A stretch of 10,066 nt of DNA, taken from the IMG/VR virus record IMGVR_UViG_2663763227_000008, positions 1 through 10,066 of that record. The stretch is one strand, 5' to 3'. Position 1 is the stretch's first letter. Every line of letters begins with the position of its first letter. The position numbers were made by a program, and so were the translations under genes. The notes under the pieces were generated by a model. That model saw only the letters and a list, made by a program, of their open reading frames with translations, was not told where the DNA came from and made no database searches. The stretch comes from a virus (lineage: Duplodnaviria > Heunggongvirae > Uroviricota > Caudoviricetes). Of this stretch, positions 5,446-10,066 are shown in pieces.

Positions 5446-5742
5446 ATGCCAGCGCCTCTGTATGGTGCGGACGACGCGCGCCGCTGTTCCGGCAATTCCG
5501 TATCGGAGGTGCTGGATAAATTCAGAAAAAACTACGATCGGATAATGTCGCTACCACAGGAAACGAAAGAGGAAAAGGAATTTCGCCACTGTATATGGCT
5601 TGCAGAGAAAGAAGAACGCGAGCGAATTTACCAGACATCAATCCGACCATTCCGCAAAGCCACATATACCCACTTCCCTGAATATATCGACCCGCGCCTG
5701 CGTAATTACCGCTCACGCTATGGCGCTATCAGTAATGACTGA
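5446..5742 (+). CDS. Hypothetical protein (98 aa), possibly Abc2-like anti-RecBCD protein
   Basis: The ORF has an AAGGA SD. Its position downstream of erf, and its size, match P22 abc2 (98 aa, from memory). I cannot verify sequence identity. Confidence 0.55.
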   Translation: MPAPLYGADDARRCSGNSVSEVLDKFRKNYDRIMSLPQETKEEKEFRHCIWLAEKEERERIYQTSIRPFRKATYTHFPEYIDPRLRNYRSRYGAISND

Positions 5743-5752
5743 GGAGTTAACA

Positions 5753-6043
5753 ATGAAAACAATGAAGCTGAACATCGACCTCGGAAAATACGTTATTACC
5801 GGAACCAAACACGACCTGATTCTTAGCGAAAGAGGAATTATCAAAGAAGGTGAGAATGCAGGGAAAGAAACACTAAGCCGTATCGGTTATTACAGCAAGT
5901 TTGAGCATCTGGTTAAAGAGTTATTAAACCGTGAAATTCTGTTATCTCAGGCGCAGACGCTACAGGATATTCAGCAGCATATCGAAACTTTAGGTGTGTC
6001 ACTTAGCATGGCTATTGACCAGTTCGTGGAGAGTAAATCATGA
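5753..6043 (+). CDS. Hypothetical protein (96 aa)
   Basis: GAGGAG SD (5741-5746) before ATG 5753 ([17 protein letters not shown]...). The upstream part of track ORF 5600-6043 overlaps the previous gene. Confidence 0.65.
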   Translation: MKTMKLNIDLGKYVITGTKHDLILSERGIIKEGENAGKETLSRIGYYSKFEHLVKELLNREILLSQAQTLQDIQQHIETLGVSLSMAIDQFVESKS

Positions 6044-6204
6044 GAGGACTTGCATACAATCCCGGCATTCTTCCGGCAGAAATGATTATTCGCCAACGCG
6101 TAAAGCCAATGCCATCGAGAGAGGAATTGCTTAAGAGAAATTCTTTTCCATCAGTGAATCAAAACAAATATCTGAATGCGATGTGGCGGAGTGGGAAGAA
6201 ATGA
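6040..6204 (+). CDS. Small hypothetical protein (54 aa), ATGA-coupled at both ends
   Basis: ATG 6040 overlaps the stop at 6041-6043. It encodes [54 protein letters not shown]. Its TGA (6202-6204) overlaps the next ATG (6201). It is below the ORF-track cutoff. Confidence 0.5.
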   Translation: MRGLAYNPGILPAEMIIRQRVKPMPSREELLKRNSFPSVNQNKYLNAMWRSGKK

Positions 6205-6671
6205 AACAAATGTCACTAATTGAGATGGATGGTTTTCTGAAAGGTAAATGCATCCCACGAGATTTAAAGGTTAACGAAACAAATGCTGAATATCTGGTGC
6301 GTAAATTTGCTGAAGCTGAGGCCAAGTGCGCGGCACTGGCGGTGGAGAATGCGGGAATAAAGTCTGCAATTCCTCAACTACGGGATATTGATGCTGACAA
6401 TGACAATATGGATGACGTATCTCTTGCTGAAGACTTCGGATTCAATCATGCAATAGAACGGATGAGGAGACAGATACCTGAAACCCCAGCCACCGATGCT
6501 TTTCTGGCTGAAGTACGGGCGCAGGGCGTGGAGATGTACGCAGATAACCTCGACAACGCAGCAGACGACGCAGAACGAGGTGGTTTTGATTATGCCGTTA
6601 AGTTTCTACGCAGTGAAGCGTCTAGTGTACGTTTGTTCGCCGGCCAGCTTCGCAAAGGAGGCAAACAGTGA
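6201..6671 (+). CDS. Hypothetical acidic protein (156 aa)
   Basis: Track ORF 6183-6671, with the start preferred at ATG 6201 (ATGA overlap with the upstream ORF). The segment [21 protein letters not shown] resembles repeats seen in lambdoid Ea22-like accessory proteins (from memory). Confidence 0.65.
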   Translation: MKQMSLIEMDGFLKGKCIPRDLKVNETNAEYLVRKFAEAEAKCAALAVENAGIKSAIPQLRDIDADNDNMDDVSLAEDFGFNHAIERMRRQIPETPATDAFLAEVRAQGVEMYADNLDNAADDAERGGFDYAVKFLRSEASSVRLFAGQLRKGGKQ

Positions 6672-7486
6672 GCGAAATTGACTATCAGGCACTGCGTGCT
6701 AAGGCAGAGAAAGCAACGTGTGGTGCGTGGTCGCTCGAATATGGAGAGGGCCGATTTGATGGTGATGATGCGCTAATTCATCGCAAGGCTGCTGGATATA
6801 TTCCCATTTGCAGAATTGAAGGAGCGCATCCAGAAAGCGGTTTCGATGAAGATTTCCAAATGGAACAGCAGGCCAATGCTGAATTCATCGCCGCAGCCAA
6901 TCCGGCTACTGTGCTGGCGCTTCTGGATGAACGGGAAAGAAACCAGCAATACATCAAACGCCGTGACCAGGAGAACGAGGATATTGCTCTTACGGTTGGG
7001 AAGCTGAGAGTTGAGCTTGAGGAAGTAAAACAACACGCTGAAGAATTATCCGAAACCAAGGCTGTTCGTAACCAATGGCGGCCAGATATTTGCCCAATAA
7101 CCGGACGTGCATTTTTCATGTGGATTGAGCATCCAACATTGGGGAATGTGCCGACATATGGTGGCCCATTAGATAGTTACACCATTCCAACAAAGGACGG
7201 TGACGGTGAGTTTTCATGTGAGCGTTACGATCATGATTTTGGCGGTTGGGTAGAAAGCGAATGTCTTGGGTTATATCTGATTGATGATAGAGAACAATGC
7301 AGGGTCTACGAACTGGAGGAACGCGTTAAGGAACTGGATGCTCGGGAAATATCGCTCCCGGAACGTAGCAGCATGCTTCATCGAACAGATTTTCACGATG
7401 ATTACCAAACGGTAATGGCATACAAAGTTTCTGAAGTCATCGATGCAATCCGCGCTACTGGCATTCGCATCAAAGGAGGTGAGTAG
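6668..7486 (+). CDS. Ead/Ea22-like family protein (272 aa)
   Basis: GTG start with a GTGA overlap and an AAAGGAGG SD (6654-6661). The N-terminus [17 protein letters not shown] and the motif QANAEFIAAANPATVLALLDERE are typical of Ead/Ea22-like prophage proteins (from memory). A central coiled-coil-like segment is present. Confidence 0.7.
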   Translation: MSEIDYQALRAKAEKATCGAWSLEYGEGRFDGDDALIHRKAAGYIPICRIEGAHPESGFDEDFQMEQQANAEFIAAANPATVLALLDERERNQQYIKRRDQENEDIALTVGKLRVELEEVKQHAEELSETKAVRNQWRPDICPITGRAFFMWIEHPTLGNVPTYGGPLDSYTIPTKDGDGEFSCERYDHDFGGWVESECLGLYLIDDREQCRVYELEERVKELDAREISLPERSSMLHRTDFHDDYQTVMAYKVSEVIDAIRATGIRIKGGE

Positions 7487-7662
7487 TGCGTGTGGCATGT
7501 ATCGGCTTGTTACCGTACCCGACTCGTTTTTGGGCTTCTGCGCTAATTGCAAAGCCACATGTCCTGATGACTGACAACATCATCCCGGCACCAAAGCGCC
7601 GCCATACCGGTATTGCAGCGGCACGACGAGCAGCAAAGAGACGCAGGAGAGCAAAACGATGA
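7486..7662 (+). CDS. Small basic hypothetical protein (58 aa, GTG start) with arginine/lysine-rich tail
   Basis: AGGAGG (7474-7479) lies 6 nt before GTG 7486, which overlaps the preceding TAG. It ends ...PKRRHTGIAAARRAAKRRRRAKR, and its TGA overlaps the next ATG (ATGA at 7659-7662). An alternative start is ATG 7567. It is below the track cutoff. Confidence 0.4.
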   Translation: MRVACIGLLPYPTRFWASALIAKPHVLMTDNIIPAPKRRHTGIAAARRAAKRRRRAKR

Positions 7663-7835
7663 AAAACCGTAAAGCAAAATTACTTCTTTTATCGCGTTCG
7701 ACGGGGTACGAGAAGCTACCAATCAGCAATCACAAACGGGCGGTGATCGGCATGTTTGGTAGGGTGGTATTCGCATTTAACTATAAACCCACCGCGTCGC
7801 GTAACAGACGAGAGAAGGGGTACGCAGTGCGATGA
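7659..7835 (+). CDS. Small hypothetical protein (58 aa), MKNRKAK paralogue 1
   Basis: MKNRKAKLLLLSRSTGYEKLPISNHKRAVIGMFGRVVFAFNYKPTASRNRREKGYAVR. ATGA overlaps at both ends. Its first 17 nt are identical to the next ORF. Confidence 0.45.
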   Translation: MKNRKAKLLLLSRSTGYEKLPISNHKRAVIGMFGRVVFAFNYKPTASRNRREKGYAVR

Positions 7836-8023
7836 AAAACCGTAAAGCTAAGATGCTTATCTCCCGTGTATACAGACTTTGCTATCCCAGCCAGTGGTTG
7901 AGAGTTAGCAATCGCTGTGTGGTGTTGTTTTCATTTTCTGGAATTGCCAGAGAGGGAATCAAAGATAAGCGCAGCGCGGCGCAAAACCGCTGGAAAAACC
8001 ACTTGCGCACTAAAGGAGCCTGA
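7832..8023 (+). CDS. Small hypothetical protein (63 aa), MKNRKAK paralogue 2
   Basis: Track ORF MKNRKAKMLISRVYRLCYPSQWLRVSNRCVVLFSFSGIAREG.... It shares the N-terminus and an SN....V...F.G segment with ORF 7659-7835. Confidence 0.5.
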   Translation: MKNRKAKMLISRVYRLCYPSQWLRVSNRCVVLFSFSGIAREGIKDKRSAAQNRWKNHLRTKGA

Positions 8024-8024
8024 T

Positions 8025-8234
8025 ATGGCTATTGCCGCAAGTTACACCATGCATCTCTATTGTGATTGCCTCCAGTGTACAGATGGCAAATATAAGTCGC
8101 CAGACTTCGGTGAGTATATAGGTACGTCATGGGCTGGCTGTGCAAAAGAGGCGCGCAAGGATGGCTGGCGAATAAGCAAAGACAAAACGCGTGCTTTTGC
8201 GCCCGGGCATAAAGTTTTGAGGATTAACAAATGA
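8025..8234 (+). CDS. Hypothetical Cys-containing protein (69 aa)
   Basis: AAAGGAG (8011-8017) before ATG 8025. It encodes MAIAASYTMHLYCDCLQCTDGKYKSPDFGEYIGTSWAGCAKEARKDGWRISKDK.... Its stop overlaps the next ATG (ATGA at 8231-8234). Confidence 0.6.
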   Translation: MAIAASYTMHLYCDCLQCTDGKYKSPDFGEYIGTSWAGCAKEARKDGWRISKDKTRAFAPGHKVLRINK

Positions 8235-9025
8235 CCACTATAACCAAAGAGCGACTGCTGACAATCAAGCAGTGGCGCGAAACATACGGACCTGGTAGCA
8301 ACGTTGTACTGCCAGCAGAAGAAGCGGAAGAACTGGCACGAATTGCACTGGCATCGCTGGAACGCGAACAGATTCGCCACGAGCATGCCAAATGGTCTGA
8401 CTCCACATTTGGCTGCGTTGGCCCCATTGGTCCACTGAAACACCTCTCAAAAGAGGCTATGGAAACCGCAGCCGAACCAGACGATCTCAGCGAGTGGGCT
8501 GATATGCATTTCCTGTTGTGGGATGCACAGCGCCGTGCTGGCATCAGCGATGCTGAAATTACCGCTGCTATGGAAGATAAATTGAAGATCAACATGGAGC
8601 GCCAGTGGCCTGAACCAAAAGATGGTGAGCCTCGCTTGCACATTAAAGAACCCGGCAACTCTCCGGTAATTCCGGATGATTTATCCACGGTATGCGCTGA
8701 GGCTTATCAGGTTGTAGGAGTTATGGCAGATGCGCTTGGTGTATTCGGTGATGCAGCAGTACAGAAAGTTCTGGATAACCTGTCACAGCAAAAACTTGTT
8801 CACAGAGATGTGCTGCCGTTCTCGCTTCCGGTGACTCCGGATGGTTGGATAAGCTGTAGTGAGCGAATGCCCCCTCAAGATGATTGGATTTTAATTTATT
8901 CAAAGCACGGCGAGTATATGGCAGGACAGGTACAAGGGGAATACGTGGAGTTGAGCGACGGCACTTTATCGTGGTTAGGGAACGCCTTGTTCTGGATGCC
9001 GCTACCAGAACCGCCTCAGGGGTGA
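8231..9025 (+). CDS. DUF550/DUF551-type fusion protein; N-terminal MazG-like dATP/dGTP pyrophosphohydrolase-like domain (264 aa)
   Basis: HEHAKWSDSTFG..GPIGPLKHLSKEAMETAAEPDDLSEWADMHFLLWDAQRRAGIS...WPEPKDGEPRLHIKE matches the DUF550 prophage family as I recall it. The C-terminal DGWISCSERMPPQDDWILIY...FWMPLPEPP matches DUF551. Confidence 0.7.
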   Translation: MTTITKERLLTIKQWRETYGPGSNVVLPAEEAEELARIALASLEREQIRHEHAKWSDSTFGCVGPIGPLKHLSKEAMETAAEPDDLSEWADMHFLLWDAQRRAGISDAEITAAMEDKLKINMERQWPEPKDGEPRLHIKEPGNSPVIPDDLSTVCAEAYQVVGVMADALGVFGDAAVQKVLDNLSQQKLVHRDVLPFSLPVTPDGWISCSERMPPQDDWILIYSKHGEYMAGQVQGEYVELSDGTLSWLGNALFWMPLPEPPQG

Positions 9026-9091
9026 AATGATGCTTGGCCTGAAGTATTTTATGTAATTGGTATTGCTATATTTTTATCTGGGGATAAACGA

Positions 9092-9334
9092 ATGTTCTCT
9101 CTGATTCAACGTGGTCAGATATACACCGATAGCGCTGGCTATCCAGTAAAAATCATTCGTAGTACTGATCACTCAGTGTTCTTCAAGAGGATGGATGGCT
9201 ATCCTGGAAGAGTGTGCATCCGAAAATTCAATAATTTATTCGAACACATTGATCACAGAGAATATCACCAGATCCTGGCTGAAACAGAGCAGGAGAACCA
9301 TCTGAAAAAATTACGTGCCATGCAAAGGAGATAA
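9092..9334 (+). CDS. Hypothetical protein (80 aa; DUF4222-like from memory)
   Basis: Track ORF MFSLIQRGQIYTDSAGYPVKIIRSTDHSVFFKRMDG.... This N-terminal pattern is common in small lambdoid prophage proteins near xis. Confidence 0.6.
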   Translation: MFSLIQRGQIYTDSAGYPVKIIRSTDHSVFFKRMDGYPGRVCIRKFNNLFEHIDHREYHQILAETEQENHLKKLRAMQRR

Positions 9335-9414
9335 ACCGGTAAAGGTGTTCGCGATAAAGGTGAATATCGACAATGAATAACAATCCTCGCACTCGCGGGG
9401 ATCTCTTTTATCTG

Positions 9415-9439
9415 AACTCGCTACGGCGAGTTTTGTTTT
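9415..9439 (+). terminator. Rho-independent terminator within the pL operon
   Basis: AACTCGC-tacg-GCGAGTT (7-bp stem, 4-nt loop) followed by TTGTTTTA. Confidence 0.6.
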
Positions 9440-9452
9440 ATGGAGACAAGAA

Positions 9453-9797
9453 ATGTCAGATTTGGCTATGAAGGTTTTGAAATGGCAATCAACTGGCGAT
9501 GTTGGCATCAGTAGCGCAACTCTTGCCTCAATCGCATGTGGACTGAAAAAGAATATCTATGGTCATCACTTCGGCGCTCCCCATGACGCAGCCGATTTCA
9601 GACGATGCGTTGCACTTGTTGAGCAGATTCCAGAAATCAGAGATTCATTCGACAAGGTTGCAAAGCGCGTTCCGTCATTCAAAGGAATCCTCAACGAATG
9701 GGATTCCCTCGTTGCTCTGTTGAAGTCTGAAATGAAGATACACGGAAACAAAGCACCAGAGACTTACAGAAGAATTAGCGAGTTACGCAAGGACTAA
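9453..9797 (+). CDS. Hypothetical protein (114 aa)
   Basis: Track ORF with a GGAG-like SD (9442-9445). No motif recognised. Confidence 0.6.
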   Translation: MSDLAMKVLKWQSTGDVGISSATLASIACGLKKNIYGHHFGAPHDAADFRRCVALVEQIPEIRDSFDKVAKRVPSFKGILNEWDSLVALLKSEMKIHGNKAPETYRRISELRKD

Positions 9798-9834
9798 CGC
9801 CTCACACTCGATGAGGCCTGTACATATCTGATAG

Positions 9835-9857
9835 AGCCGCTATATGGCGGTTTTTTA
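9835..9857 (+). terminator. Weak Rho-independent terminator candidate
   Basis: AGCCGC-tatatg-GCGGTT (4 GC pairs plus G.U and A.U) followed by T6. A separate hairpin GCCTCA-cactcga-TGAGGC at 9799-9817 has no T-tract. Confidence 0.4.
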
Positions 9858-9874
9858 TTGCCTGGAGAATTAAG

Positions 9875-10066
9875 ATGACCAATACCAGCCTGATTCCTGA
9901 GAAAGAAGTGATGAACAAGCTCGGTGTTTCATCACGTCAGACAATCTGGAACTATACCAAACGGCACGGATTTCCGAAGCCAGTCAGAACCCACCCCAAA
10001 TCATACCTTCGTGAAGCTGTTGAAGGGTGGATTCTTAACGGTGGCGTTAATCAGAAATGCTCCTGA
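9875..10066 (+). CDS. xis: AlpA/excisionase-family small DNA-binding protein (63 aa)
   Basis: EKEVMNKLGVSSRQTIWNYTKRHGFPKPVRTHPKSYLREAVEGWI fits the AlpA/Xis winged-helix pattern (L.V.R.TIY....G.FPKP..L....W....V..WI). It sits at the distal end of the pL operon, where xis lies. Confidence 0.7.
   Translation: MTNTSLIPEKEVMNKLGVSSRQTIWNYTKRHGFPKPVRTHPKSYLREAVEGWILNGGVNQKCS

Noticed and set aside
7498-7575. 25-codon Cys-rich ORF (MYRLVTVPDSFLGFCANCKATCPDD) in an alternative frame of 7486-7662
   Set aside because: It is very short, has no SD of its own, and does not take part in the stop-start coupling that links the neighbouring ORFs. It cannot be told apart from chance without conservation data.
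6773-8688. Long - strand ORFs (6778-7119, 6773-7036, 7271-7558, 8057-8443, 8224-8688, 8265-8450, 8447-8641)
   Set aside because: All are antisense to + strand genes that have SDs, coupling and recognisable families. Their products are Ser/Arg/Cys-rich and typical of shadow frames.
9373-9471. 32-codon ORF (MNNNPRTRGDLFYLNSLRRVLFYGDKKCQIWL) spanning the terminator at 9415-9439
   Set aside because: It has no SD, runs through a terminator hairpin, and overlaps the start of the next gene.

Overview
The window is a mosaic lambdoid (pro)phage immunity region plus most of the pL early-left operon, inverted relative to the usual lambda map, so the + strand is lambda's leftward direction. From memory, the core is essentially phage lambda. 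It has cro (297-497, -), OR1/OR2/OR3 with pR/pRM, cI (598-1311, +), and OL1-3 with pL at 2791-2860. The flanking modules are not lambda. They include a different cII (1-159, -) with a conserved TTGC-N6-TTGC pRE, and P22-type boxB nut sites (GACAA loops) with an H-19B/933W-type N (3102-3485). A cIII-like gene follows, then a P22-type recombination module (Erf, an SSB-like protein ending DDSIPF, and a possible Abc2-like protein). Next come translationally coupled accessory ORFs (Ea22-like, DUF550/DUF551-like, DUF4222-like), and the window ends with an AlpA/Xis-like gene. The main finding is in the cI-to-OL interval, where lambda carries rexA-rexB. Here that slot holds a strong intrinsic terminator right after cI, an AT-rich region with five exactly phased 19-bp direct repeats (invariant CCTGC core), and one orphan 347-aa ParA/MinD-superfamily ATPase with an atypical Walker A (R replacing the signature K). 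The cassette ends at what I recall as the lambda-type terminator. No ParB-like partner is visible. I read this as an uncharacterised lysogen-expressed cassette in a known exclusion/defence slot. Its function is inference only. Family assignments come from motif recognition and recalled sequences, since no searches were possible.
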